Source: an uncultured Actinomycetes bacterium (GTDB lineage Bacteria; Actinomycetota; Thermoleophilia; UBA2241). From it: 64,000 nt of DNA. Made by a program: the position numbers and the translations under genes. Numbering within the stretch: position 1 is the first letter of the stretch; each line of letters begins with the position of its first letter. The notes under the pieces are model-generated. The model saw only the letters and a program-made list of their open reading frames with translations. It searched no databases and was not told the origin of the DNA. Positions 51,297-60,615 of the stretch are shown one piece after another. The DNA lies in contig CAVYCN010000003.1 in assembly GCA_963767005.1 (NCBI GenBank), forward strand, positions 32,001-96,000. The letters run 5' to 3'.

Positions 51297-51788
51297 CTAT
51301 GCGACCACCACATCCATGTACTCGACCAGACGCCGAGAGTGATCGAAGTAGCCAATCACGTCACCAATGCTAGCCGTCGGATTCCCCCCGTGCGCGAAGT
51401 CGTTCCGCGCGTCAACCAGCGACTGAAGAGAGGCCAATAGCTGGATCTTGTCTTGGTCGCCGTCAACCGTTCTCTTGAACAAGAGATGCCAATCTTCGTC
51501 GAAGTCCTTCAGATGACTGCACATGTTGGTGTAGGAAGGATTGGAGGACGACTCCCGGACCCGCACGCGAAGAAACCGCTTGACCTGCTTCTTGCTGCGA
51601 TGGGAGCAGTAGTCTGCAATCAGCGCCTTGAAGGCCTGCTCAAGAGACCCGCACGCCCTGACAATCGCGTACTTCGTCAGGTACGGCACGACTGCGCTGG
51701 CTGGACCTAGTGACTTGATGAGTATCGCGAGATCGTCGAGCTCCCTGGCGCAGTCATCCAGCCCTTGCTCGACAACCTTGTTGTTCAT
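51297..51788 (-). CDS. HEPN domain protein (putative RNase)
   Basis: G.LE motif and RNDFAH (Rx4H); ATGA-coupled to DUF262. Confidence 0.85.
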   Translation of the reverse strand: MNNKVVEQGLDDCARELDDLAILIKSLGPASAVVPYLTKYAIVRACGSLEQAFKALIADYCSHRSKKQVKRFLRVRVRESSSNPSYTNMCSHLKDFDEDWHLLFKRTVDGDQDKIQLLASLQSLVDARNDFAHGGNPTASIGDVIGYFDHSRRLVEYMDVVVA

Positions 51789-52909
51789 TCGCGGACTCCG
51801 AAGAGGTAACGGGCCGCCATGTTCACCCGCGCATCAATGCAGGTCCGCGACATGGTTTCCTTTGTGATGGCAAACCGGTATTGCTCGTTCTTCAGAAGTG
51901 CGCGGCGCTCCGACTCGGGGTGCTCCGGCATCTCGTAGCCGACGGACAGAGCGCGGTCCGCGGCGATGAGCAGCGAATCACAGAGCGTGGGGCTGAACTT
52001 GGGGACGAGCCTGTCGGGATCTGACGGCGATACGTTGTGGAAGGCAGTTCGGCCGAACTCTGCGTGTACCAGGTGGACACTCTTGAGAAAGCGTTGACGC
52101 AAATCCTCGAGCCCCGCTACGTCCGGATCGATGTGCGCCTTCATGTACGTGTCGAGGAATCGCTTCAACGACAGCCGTTCTGTCTCGCCGTCGCCATACT
52201 CTGAGGAGCTGAGAGCGAAGAACCTGAGGATGAACTCCATATCTCGCATCCGGCACTCCGGCTCGCGCAGCCCGAATAGCTCCCGCCAGTTCAAGTCGCG
52301 GTTGAGTTCGAATAGCAGTCCGTTAAGACCGCCCTGGGCGACGCAGTTCCGAATCTCCTGAGGCAACAGAGTGCGGCCGCTGGTGTTGATTCGCTCGAAG
52401 ACCTGAAAGAGGCTGGTGTCGTCATCCTCAGGATGCTTCTGCACGAAGATGATGGCGTGGATGGTGGTGTTGCGAATTCGCCGCTGCTTCTCTTCGTCTA
52501 GCTCCGCGAACGACTTACCTTGCCAGCGGGCGTTCACCTTCTGAGAACGGGAAAGGCGAAACGCACGGCCATCCCCAGAGAAGACTCCCCGGACGTAGTC
52601 GCGGACCGTCATGATCCGCTGATATCCATCGACGATCAGCAATTTCTCGTCGTCAGTCTGGGCAAGAAAGATGCTCGGCACAGGCAACCCGAGTAGGAGC
52701 GAGTCAATGAAGCGTGACGCCTCAATCCTGTCCCAGACGTAGTTTCTTTGAAGTTCGGGCTTTACGAGCTCATCGTCGTCATACCGTTGGATGAGCTCGC
52801 GAAAGGAGAGGTCGGCCCCCCACGATGAGATTCTGAAGAGGCTGTCGTCTGAGTAGCTGTCCGACTCCTCCTCCCGAATGTGTTGGATGACGTCACGCTG
52901 TTGAGCCAC
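51785..52909 (-). CDS. DUF262 (ParB-like/GmrS) domain protein
   Basis: QRNYVW, IDSLLLGLPVP, VDGYQR, FERINTSG. Confidence 0.9.
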   Translation of the reverse strand: MAQQRDVIQHIREEESDSYSDDSLFRISSWGADLSFRELIQRYDDDELVKPELQRNYVWDRIEASRFIDSLLLGLPVPSIFLAQTDDEKLLIVDGYQRIMTVRDYVRGVFSGDGRAFRLSRSQKVNARWQGKSFAELDEEKQRRIRNTTIHAIIFVQKHPEDDDTSLFQVFERINTSGRTLLPQEIRNCVAQGGLNGLLFELNRDLNWRELFGLREPECRMRDMEFILRFFALSSSEYGDGETERLSLKRFLDTYMKAHIDPDVAGLEDLRQRFLKSVHLVHAEFGRTAFHNVSPSDPDRLVPKFSPTLCDSLLIAADRALSVGYEMPEHPESERRALLKNEQYRFAITKETMSRTCIDARVNMAARYLFGVRE

Positions 52910-53187
52910 TCCCGCCTCCCCGAATACGCGCGCATGTTCAGAAGTCCACCGCCTTCTCAACCTGAGCGTACGACCGGACGGCAGTCCCGTCCAGGAACGA
53001 CCAGACGGCTCACCAATTCAGGATGACCCTTCGCACGAGAGCACTCTCGCATGCCGTGCGAACAACATTGCAGGGGCTGGTCTGGGCGACACCCAGCGCC
53101 AAGTCGCGCCGAATGTCGGCACCAATGTCGGCATCAGGCACCTACGAAAGCGATCGGAGAGAAGCGAGAGGATTGATTAGCAGGAGG

Positions 53188-53245
53188 GTCTTCTGGAGGC
53201 GGCGACCGGAGTCGAACCGGTGATTAAGGTTTTGCAGTCAGTCTC
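53188..53245 (-). repeat. att-like 58-bp repeat copy 2 containing the 3' half of tRNA-Cys
   Basis: Identical to 15957-16014. Confidence 0.92.
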
Positions 53246-53590
53246 AACCATCCAGACGATGTCCAGCACCGCAAGACCAGGCTGCACAGGGCCAGTTTCT
53301 TCCTCTAGCCGCGGATCCTAACTGGGTTAGCGGGGCGGCCGATGTCGGCAGGCATGTCGGCAAGCAGGGGGATTAACTGGCAGCAACTGGCAGGATCCGG
53401 GGCATCCGCGCCTACGTGAGCTCGCTGTCTTGCCGCGGACTCAAGCTGCGCGAGCATGACAAGCTTATGGCGCTTTGCAGGACTTCTCCACCCCCGAAGC
53501 GCCGCGTGACGGACTCCTGATGTTGCCCCTCTGCCCCGCCAGCAGCCGCCCGACTCCGCCAGTTCCAGGCTCGGGGGCTGTCGCCAGATG

Positions 53591-54847
53591 CTATGACTGT
53601 TTGTCCTGAGCAGCCGTTGTGGCCCGTAGCCTGCGCATGCGCAGCTTCGCCGCCGTCTGTTTGCGCTCGCGATAGGCGGCATCCTCGTCGAGGCGCCGCG
53701 TGCGCTTGGCGTGCTCCTGACAGGCCGTCGAGCAGTAGCGCCGGTCGGAGCGCGTCGTCGCAAACAGTCGTCCGCAACCGCAGCGCGCGCAGTGACCGAA
53801 ACGCACCCCACCCTTGATGTCGAAGAAGGCCATGGCCGCCAGCGTGGCGATCAGCGAAGGTGAGGCAAAGCGCGCGACCGGCGTCTTCTTCTCGAAGACG
53901 ATCTCGAGCGAGACCGGGGCGAGCAGCTCGTTGAGACCGTCGAGATCCTGCACTTTCTGCCCAGTGCCGCCATCCTGCAGGCCGCCCAGCGCCTCGGCCA
54001 AGGTCACAGCGTAGCGAGCAAAGCTAACGACGTCCTCCGAGTAGTCCTGCCAAAACAGCGGCGAGTGGGGCTCCGGAAAGGAGCCACCGCGTGTGTCGCC
54101 CAGATAGGCGCCCTTGACCTCGCCAAGCTCCGCAAGATCGAGAGCCGCCGGCAAGCCGGCCCTGGCCGGCAGAACGCGGTGCAGCACCGTGCCGCCTTTG
54201 AGATGTGACTCATCGAGGGGCCAGTCGCCATGCGCTACGAGCCAGTCGATCGAGCGACGCGACAGGCCCGGGCGACTGCCCTTGGGAACCTGCTCGCGCT
54301 GCCTTCGGGTGAACGTGCGCCAGTCGGAGCCGCTGCGCTCGTAGCGCACATAGCTTGAGATCAGGTCGTCTTTGGCGAGCTCGTCGGGCAGGTCGAGCAG
54401 GACCTCGGGCCGCGCTCCGGCGTTCAGCGCGAGGGTCTCCTGAGCGAAGATGCCAAGCAGACCGTAGCGCCCACAGAAGGCGAGCATAGGCTCGGCGATC
54501 TCGGCGGGCAGCTGCTGCGATGCGCTGTACCCGCCCGACAAGGCGACCTGCGCCTGAGTGGTGTAGTCGACAAGCTCGGCGAGCGTCGGATCTTGCGGTA
54601 CCGGCACCCTCTCCTGGAAGGTGGCGATGCTCTCCCTAACCTGGCGCTCGTACCAGTCGGTTATCTGTTCGCCGAGTCGGGCGAGCTCGACGTAGGGCGG
54701 CTGCCCTTTGCCTTTGTCCGCCCAGGGGTCGTATGGCGCAAGGCGCGCGCCGCGAGCCCGGCAGATGCGCCGCCCCACCAGCTGGTAGGCAGCAAAGCGC
54801 CACCAGGTCCCCGTCAGTAATCTCGCGTCGCTTCTCGCAGTTCTCAT
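53591..54847 (-). CDS. Hypothetical protein with C-terminal CGNR-type zinc finger
   Basis: CARCGCGRLF...RRYCSTAC; FC..YGLLG. Confidence 0.75.
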   Translation of the reverse strand: MRTARSDARLLTGTWWRFAAYQLVGRRICRARGARLAPYDPWADKGKGQPPYVELARLGEQITDWYERQVRESIATFQERVPVPQDPTLAELVDYTTQAQVALSGGYSASQQLPAEIAEPMLAFCGRYGLLGIFAQETLALNAGARPEVLLDLPDELAKDDLISSYVRYERSGSDWRTFTRRQREQVPKGSRPGLSRRSIDWLVAHGDWPLDESHLKGGTVLHRVLPARAGLPAALDLAELGEVKGAYLGDTRGGSFPEPHSPLFWQDYSEDVVSFARYAVTLAEALGGLQDGGTGQKVQDLDGLNELLAPVSLEIVFEKKTPVARFASPSLIATLAAMAFFDIKGGVRFGHCARCGCGRLFATTRSDRRYCSTACQEHAKRTRRLDEDAAYRERKQTAAKLRMRRLRATTAAQDKQS

Positions 54848-54937
54848 GTTCGCCCCCGGAAAGTTACCGAGTATTGGACATCCGGCGGGCGAACCCTGCT
54901 TGCAACGGCCTCAAAAGCAAGCAGAAGGGACAGCGCC

Positions 54938-56224
54938 ATGACCACCCACAAGCAGGTCCACGCCGACGACGGCAACAGCGCTCTCGGCATTGAGTACTGG
55001 CCGATCGACCGACCTCAGCCCTACGCCAACAACCCGCGCACGATCCCGCCAAGCGCCATCGCCAAGGTGGCGCGTAGCATCGCCGAGTTCGGCTTCCGCC
55101 AGCCGATCGTGGTCGACGACAAGGACATCGTCATCGTCGGTCATGTGCGCCTGGCAGCCGCCAAGCAGCTCGACCTGACGTCGGTCCCGGTCCATGTCGC
55201 CGGTGGCTTGAGCGCGGCCCAGGTCAAGGCCTACCGACTGGCCGACAACCGGAGTGCCCAGGAGACCGACTGGGACGCTACCCTGCTGGGGCTCGAGCTC
55301 ACAGATCTTGCGGCCCTCGGCCTGGAGTTGGACTTCACCGGCTTTGAGGCAGACGAACTGGCCGCCTACCTGGGTCCCGACAAGGTCGGCCTGACCGACC
55401 CCGACTTCGTGCCCGCCCCGCCGGCCGAGCCGCGCAGCAAGCCCGGCGACCTCTGGGGACTGGGTGAGCACCGCCTGCTCTGCGGCGACAGCACAAACCC
55501 CGATGATGTGCAGCGCCTGATGGCCGGCGAGCGCGCCACGGCCATGGTGACCGACCCGCCCTACTTAGTCGACTATCGCGGCGACAACCGCCCGCCGACC
55601 TGGGCGAACGGCGGCAAGGCCGGCCATCAGAAGGTCAGAGCCTGGGACGAATACACCGACCCCAAGACCGCCCAGGCCTTCTACGAGGGTTTCCTGCGGG
55701 CCGCCCTGGAGTGCGCCCTGGCCGAGCGCGCGCCCGTCTACCAGTTCTTCGCCGCCCTGCGGGCGCCGCTGCTCTTCGGCGCCTGGGAGCAGGTCGGGCT
55801 GCTCGCCCACGAGGTGCTGATCTGGTACAAGAGCCGGCGCCCGATCGGCCGCTCCGACTATGTGTGGACCTACGAGCCGATCGCCTACGGCTGGCGCAAG
55901 GGGTATCGTCCGCCTCCCTCGCGGCGACCCCCGGCGGGCAGCTCGGCGGTCTGGGAGATTCCCTCGGCAATCGAGGACGGTGCTGGCGGCGTGCATCCCA
56001 CGATGAAGCCGGTCGAGTGCTACCGCAGGCCGCTGCTCTATCACACACGCGCAGGTGAGGCAGTCTATGAGAGCTTCGCCGGCTCGGGAACAGCGCTGAT
56101 CGCCTGCGAGCAGCTTGGCCGGCGTTGTTACGCGATCGAGATCTCGCCCGTCTTTTGCGACGTGGTGATCCGGCGCTACGAACTGTTCGCCGGCAAGCAG
56201 GCCGTGCTGCTCGATCACGCCTGA
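54938..56224 (+). CDS. Phage-type ParB + amino DNA methyltransferase
   Basis: PYANNPR, FGFRQPIVVD, GH.R, LADN; TDPPY; HPTMKP; FAGSG. Confidence 0.93.
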   Translation: MTTHKQVHADDGNSALGIEYWPIDRPQPYANNPRTIPPSAIAKVARSIAEFGFRQPIVVDDKDIVIVGHVRLAAAKQLDLTSVPVHVAGGLSAAQVKAYRLADNRSAQETDWDATLLGLELTDLAALGLELDFTGFEADELAAYLGPDKVGLTDPDFVPAPPAEPRSKPGDLWGLGEHRLLCGDSTNPDDVQRLMAGERATAMVTDPPYLVDYRGDNRPPTWANGGKAGHQKVRAWDEYTDPKTAQAFYEGFLRAALECALAERAPVYQFFAALRAPLLFGAWEQVGLLAHEVLIWYKSRRPIGRSDYVWTYEPIAYGWRKGYRPPPSRRPPAGSSAVWEIPSAIEDGAGGVHPTMKPVECYRRPLLYHTRAGEAVYESFAGSGTALIACEQLGRRCYAIEISPVFCDVVIRRYELFAGKQAVLLDHA

Positions 56225-56244
56225 GCAGGCCCAAGGACATCGTC

Positions 56245-56760
56245 ATGGCCAAAGAACAAGAACACCTCACGCGGGCCCAACGCGAGCAACGCATCGCCGA
56301 GATCTATCCGCTCGTGGTCGACGGCTTCCACTTCGCCCAGATCAGAGAGATCGTCGCCAAGAAGTGCGACTGGTCAGTACCGGAGCGCACGCTCTGGCGC
56401 TACATCGCCGAGGCGCGCGAGCTGGTGCGCGCCCAGGCCGACTTTCGCCGCCAGGAGAAGCTCGCCGAGGCGGCCGCCTTTCTCGAGCGTCTGCGCCTGC
56501 GGGCCTCGATGGCTGGCGAGCTCGGCACCGCGCTGCGCGTGCAGTGCGAGCTCAACCGCCTCTACGACCTGCTCGCCCCGCAGAAGCTCGAGCTCTACGA
56601 CTTCTCCAACCTATCCGATCAACAGTTAGCCGCCGAGGTGGCACGTGAACTTCCCGAACTCATCAGAGAGGCAGAGCGCCTTGCGGGCGGAACTGCTCAG
56701 ACGCACACAGAACAAGACGACCGGCCTGACCCGCTGGATCCCCCACACCCCGACGCCTAA
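56245..56760 (+). CDS. Putative terminase small subunit (HTH)
   Basis: FAQI...WSVPERTLWRYI HTH, similar to 17832-18215; DFSNLSDQQL. Confidence 0.7.
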   Translation: MAKEQEHLTRAQREQRIAEIYPLVVDGFHFAQIREIVAKKCDWSVPERTLWRYIAEARELVRAQADFRRQEKLAEAAAFLERLRLRASMAGELGTALRVQCELNRLYDLLAPQKLELYDFSNLSDQQLAAEVARELPELIREAERLAGGTAQTHTEQDDRPDPLDPPHPDA

Positions 56761-58168
56761 GCAGCAACTCTTCTTAGACTGCCCCGCCAAGGAGGCCTTC
56801 TACGGCGGCGCCGCCGGCGGCGGCAAGACCGACGCCCTGCTGATGGCCGCCCTGCAGTTCGTCGATGTGCCGGGCTATGCCGCCCTGCTGTTTCGCCGCA
56901 GCTTCGCCGATTTGAACTTACCCGGCGCCCTGATGGACCGCGCCCACTCCTGGCTGGGAGCAACCGCGGCCCACTGGAACGCCCACGACCACGTCTGGAC
57001 CTTCCCCAGTGGCGCCACCTTGACCTTCGGCTATCTGGAGAGCGAGCGCGACAAGTACCGCTACCAGTCCTCGGAGGTGCAGTACATCGGCTTCGATGAG
57101 CTCACCCAGTTCGCCGAGAGCCAGTACCTCTATCTCTTCAGTCGTCTGCGCCGCCTGGCGACGAGCGAGCTGCCACTGCGCATGAGAAGCGCCTCCAACC
57201 CGGGCGGCGAGGGCCATGAGTGGGTACGGGCCCGCTTCGTCGATGAGAGGAGCAACGAGAGCCGTGTCTTTGTGCCGGCCCGCCTGGCCGACAACCCCCA
57301 CTTAGACCAGCTCGGCTATGCTGCCAATCTGGCCGAGCTTGACGCCGTGACCCGGGCCCAGCTGCTCGAAGGTGACTGGCAGGTACGACCCGAGGGGGTG
57401 ATGTTCAAAAGAGAGTGGCTGACGATCGTCGAGCAGGGACCCGCCAAGGCCAGCCGGGTGCGCTACTGGGACAAGGCGGCTACCGAGGGCGGCGGCGCGC
57501 GCACGGCCGGCGTGCTCATCGCCCGCACCCCGGAGAAGCTCTACTACGTAGAAGACGTGATCTGCGGCCACTGGTCGGCCTTACGTCGCGAACAGATCAT
57601 GCGCACCACGGCGGTGCGCGACGGTGAGGAGGTGCGGATCTGGATCGAACAGGAGCCGGGTTCCGGGGGCAAGGAGTCGGCCGAGGCCTCGATTCGCAAC
57701 CTGGCAGGCTATGTGGTGCACTCAGACCGGGTGACCGGCGACAAGGTCAGCCGGGCCCAGCCCTTGGCCGCCCAATGCGAGGCCGGTAACGTCAAGGTCG
57801 TGCGGGCTGCCTGGAACCAGGACTACCTGGAGGAACTCTGCAGCTTTCCGCTGGGCGTTCTCAAGGACCAGGTCGATGCCTCCTCGGGGGCTTTCAACAA
57901 ACTCAGCCGCGGGGCGGCCGCCGAGTGGACACCCGAAGAGATAGCGCGTGTGGGACGACGCTGGAGCGGCGAGCTACGCGGCGGCGAGAGCTATCTCGCG
58001 CAGCAGCGCCGCCTGCGTAAGGCACGCGAGGCCGAGACGGCCGGGCTGTCGGAGGAGCTGATCCCGCTCAGCGCGGAGGAGCGTGCCGTCCAGCGCTGGC
58101 GCGATTACGAGCGCGAGGTCGAGGAGATCAACCGGCGGGCCCTGCTGCGGGCACGGGGCGGTCGCTAG
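56645..58168 (+). CDS. Terminase large subunit with extra C-terminal tail
   Basis: GGAAGGGKT, GFDELTQF, SNPGG, YWDKAAT, EQEPGSGGK, DQVDA. Confidence 0.92.
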   Translation: MNFPNSSERQSALRAELLRRTQNKTTGLTRWIPHTPTPKQQLFLDCPAKEAFYGGAAGGGKTDALLMAALQFVDVPGYAALLFRRSFADLNLPGALMDRAHSWLGATAAHWNAHDHVWTFPSGATLTFGYLESERDKYRYQSSEVQYIGFDELTQFAESQYLYLFSRLRRLATSELPLRMRSASNPGGEGHEWVRARFVDERSNESRVFVPARLADNPHLDQLGYAANLAELDAVTRAQLLEGDWQVRPEGVMFKREWLTIVEQGPAKASRVRYWDKAATEGGGARTAGVLIARTPEKLYYVEDVICGHWSALRREQIMRTTAVRDGEEVRIWIEQEPGSGGKESAEASIRNLAGYVVHSDRVTGDKVSRAQPLAAQCEAGNVKVVRAAWNQDYLEELCSFPLGVLKDQVDASSGAFNKLSRGAAAEWTPEEIARVGRRWSGELRGGESYLAQQRRLRKAREAETAGLSEELIPLSAEERAVQRWRDYEREVEEINRRALLRARGGR

Positions 58169-58196
58169 GAGGGCGGTCGGTACCTCTACGATACCG

Positions 58197-58575
58197 AGTT
58201 AGGCATTGACTCGTGTGGGTTTGGCTATCCGCATGACCGTCCTGTGCGTCGGGAGCGGCGCTGCTCTAACGGCGAGCGTGACCCTCTGGGAGGGCCGCTC
58301 ATAGTGCCATCGCGCATGCTTCTCGCGCGGGCGGCCCGGCGCGCTCGTCGCGGCGTCCTTTGAAATGGGAGCTTTCAGGCGTCCATGGTCGCCAGGCTCC
58401 AGCACCAGCCGGCCAGCTCGCGGGCCACGGCCACGGCGGCCACCGGGGATCGTTTGCCGCGCGCACCGAAGGCAGCCCAGCGTCGCTGCAGGCGCCGGCC
58501 CGCCGCCTCGGCGCGCACACGCACCTCGGCCGGCTGCCCCTCCCGGCGGCGCGCCAGCTCTCGGCGCCGGCCAGG
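58197..58575 (-). mobile_element. IS110-family remnant (transposase C-terminus plus right non-coding end)
   Basis: RLQRRW...ARGKRSPVAAVAVARELAGWCWSLA* ending at 58375, typical of IS110 C-termini. Confidence 0.7.
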
Positions 58576-58892
58576 ACCTGCTGGCCGCGAGCAGCTGCCG
58601 CTGGTCATCGCTTCACGCTGCGCGGGGCTCATCCGGGTGCTACCTCAGGTGAAGCCGGCAAAGACACGACCCGAGATCTACGACACCGAGCACCATGTCT
58701 TCTCGCCCGCTCGATGCCCTGCGCTATCTGCTCGTCAACCACGTGCTGGCGCCCAACATGGACATCGTCTGCTGGGACGCCGACGCGCCGAGCCCCTGCG
58801 AGACGCGGCAACAGGCGGAGCAGCGGTCGCTGATGAGCCGCTACCGAATCGCAGGTCGCAAACGGAGTCGACTGCCATCGTCCGCCGTCTGA
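58575..58892 (+). pseudogene. Frameshifted C-terminal remnant of a third terminase large subunit
   Basis: LVIASRCAGLIRVL...IYDTEHHVFS / PLDALRYLL across two frames. Confidence 0.55.
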
Positions 58893-59217
58893 GTGGCCAA
58901 GCATCCAAGTGTAGCAAGAACACCAGCACCCTTCAGACGGAGGCGCCCGGACGATCATGGCGATTCGCGAGCTGTTCGACGAGTCGCGCCTCGGGGGAAC
59001 TGAGGCTATCGAGCCTGCGCTCGAGCCGGCAATCCGGGTCCTCGTCGTGGCCGCCGAAGGCCTAGCAGACGCAGGCATGGCCATCGACTCCTGCTGCCAG
59101 CTCTGGGGCGGGTCTCTCTACCGCCAACGCTCCACCTGCTCGCATCGTCTTGAGATGGGAAGAGTGCGCCAAGACCGTCACGTGTGTGTGGGGCGAATCG
59201 CACACAAAGGAGGGACC

Positions 59218-59559
59218 ATGGCTATTCTCAGTGGCTCGATTGAGGCAGACGTACCGATCGCCTTCGCCGACCGCGAGTGGACCGAGTTTGTGTTTCGCAA
59301 CCTCTACGGCAACTATGCCAAGGGCTTCGAGGATGTCGCCACCTCGATCAACGAGACCGACGCCGACTCCGGCACGGTGCAGTTCGAGACCGAGGGCGAG
59401 CGCCTGGTCAAGGTGTCGGTCGAGCTCGAGTACACGCCTCACGGCGCCGATTTCGAGGCCGAGGTCGTCCGCGCCCAAGCGCGCCTGAACGCAGACCTCG
59501 AGAAGTACCGCGCCTTCCTGCTCAAGCGTTGCGAGCAGGAGAGCTGCCGGCCAAGCTAG
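59218..59559 (+). CDS. Hypothetical protein (possibly SRPBCC-like)
   Basis: AAGGAGG RBS, strong codon bias. Confidence 0.7.
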   Translation: MAILSGSIEADVPIAFADREWTEFVFRNLYGNYAKGFEDVATSINETDADSGTVQFETEGERLVKVSVELEYTPHGADFEAEVVRAQARLNADLEKYRAFLLKRCEQESCRPS

Positions 59560-59592
59560 ATCTGCCGGGTTTGCGTCAACCCCGACCGCGGG

Positions 59593-60408
59593 TCAGTCCT
59601 GGTCGTCGAGCTCGCTGTGCCAGCGCTTGCGGGTACCCACGCGAGCTCGCATGCGAAAACGAAGGCTCTTGGGCGCCTCGTCGATCGCGGCAATCAGGTG
59701 CAGCACACCGCGGTGTGTGCGAGTCATCTGGGCCTCGCTTAAGTCGAAGCTGGCGGCACCTCCATCGACGCGTTGCAGGTTCAGGGCGACGTCGTAGAAG
59801 AGGCCCCAGTCGTCGCTGCAGAGTCTGCCGATGTAGCCCGCGTCAATCATCCCGGGACCGCCCTGTTCACCGACCTCGGTGTCGGCCAGGATGGTGATGA
59901 TGTCGCGCAGATCCTTCTCGTTCAGCCGGAAGATCTGTAGCTTTGTGAGGAGCAGATCGGCGAGTGAGAGTGTGTAGGGCTCGACCTCCAGGCGCTGCTC
60001 GAGCGAGATCTCGTGGTCCATGCGGAAGGTGCCCAGAAAGACGTCGATGTGGTCGTCGCCGTGGGCGCGGTCACCTTCCGGTCCGCCGCTGTGCCGGCAA
60101 GGGCGCACGAACTGCAATTCGCCGTCGGCCGTCGCCGTGCTCACCTCGTGATTCTCGGCGTAGCCGAAATCCTTGAACAACGCCACCAGGCGGCGCACCT
60201 GTTTGGCGGAGGCGACCATGTCCAGGTCGGAGTAGTCACGCGCGCAAAGCTCAAGGGTATGGCAGTGCTCACGCACGCCCAGGCCGCCGAGCAGGCGCAG
60301 CGTAAGGCCCTTGGCGCGGGCCGCATCGATCAGCCGCCGGCCCTCGTCGGCCATGTCGTGACGAACGCGCTCGGTGCCTTGCGCGACGGATGTCGGCTTA
60401 CTTGCCAT
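59593..60408 (-). CDS. Uncharacterised nucleotidyltransferase-fold protein
   Basis: RLLGGLG...RDYSDLD, IDVF, LLLTKLQI, KD..D. Confidence 0.7.
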   Translation of the reverse strand: MASKPTSVAQGTERVRHDMADEGRRLIDAARAKGLTLRLLGGLGVREHCHTLELCARDYSDLDMVASAKQVRRLVALFKDFGYAENHEVSTATADGELQFVRPCRHSGGPEGDRAHGDDHIDVFLGTFRMDHEISLEQRLEVEPYTLSLADLLLTKLQIFRLNEKDLRDIITILADTEVGEQGGPGMIDAGYIGRLCSDDWGLFYDVALNLQRVDGGAASFDLSEAQMTRTHRGVLHLIAAIDEAPKSLRFRMRARVGTRKRWHSELDDQD

Positions 60409-60615
60409 GCCCTCTTGTCACCGTCGGAGACCCGCGAGAAACTCTTCGGTCTCATTTGCACGTCGAGGGAGTGACAAGCTTCTGGGCCACTCGGTGCAAT
60501 GCTCTAGGCGGCACACGTCCGACTGACCGAGTTCGCGCCGGGACAGCGGCTGCTTTCGGTTATCCCGCGCACCGGACTGCTCGTTACCCGCTTTGGCGAT
60601 GACTGCAGTTCGCAT

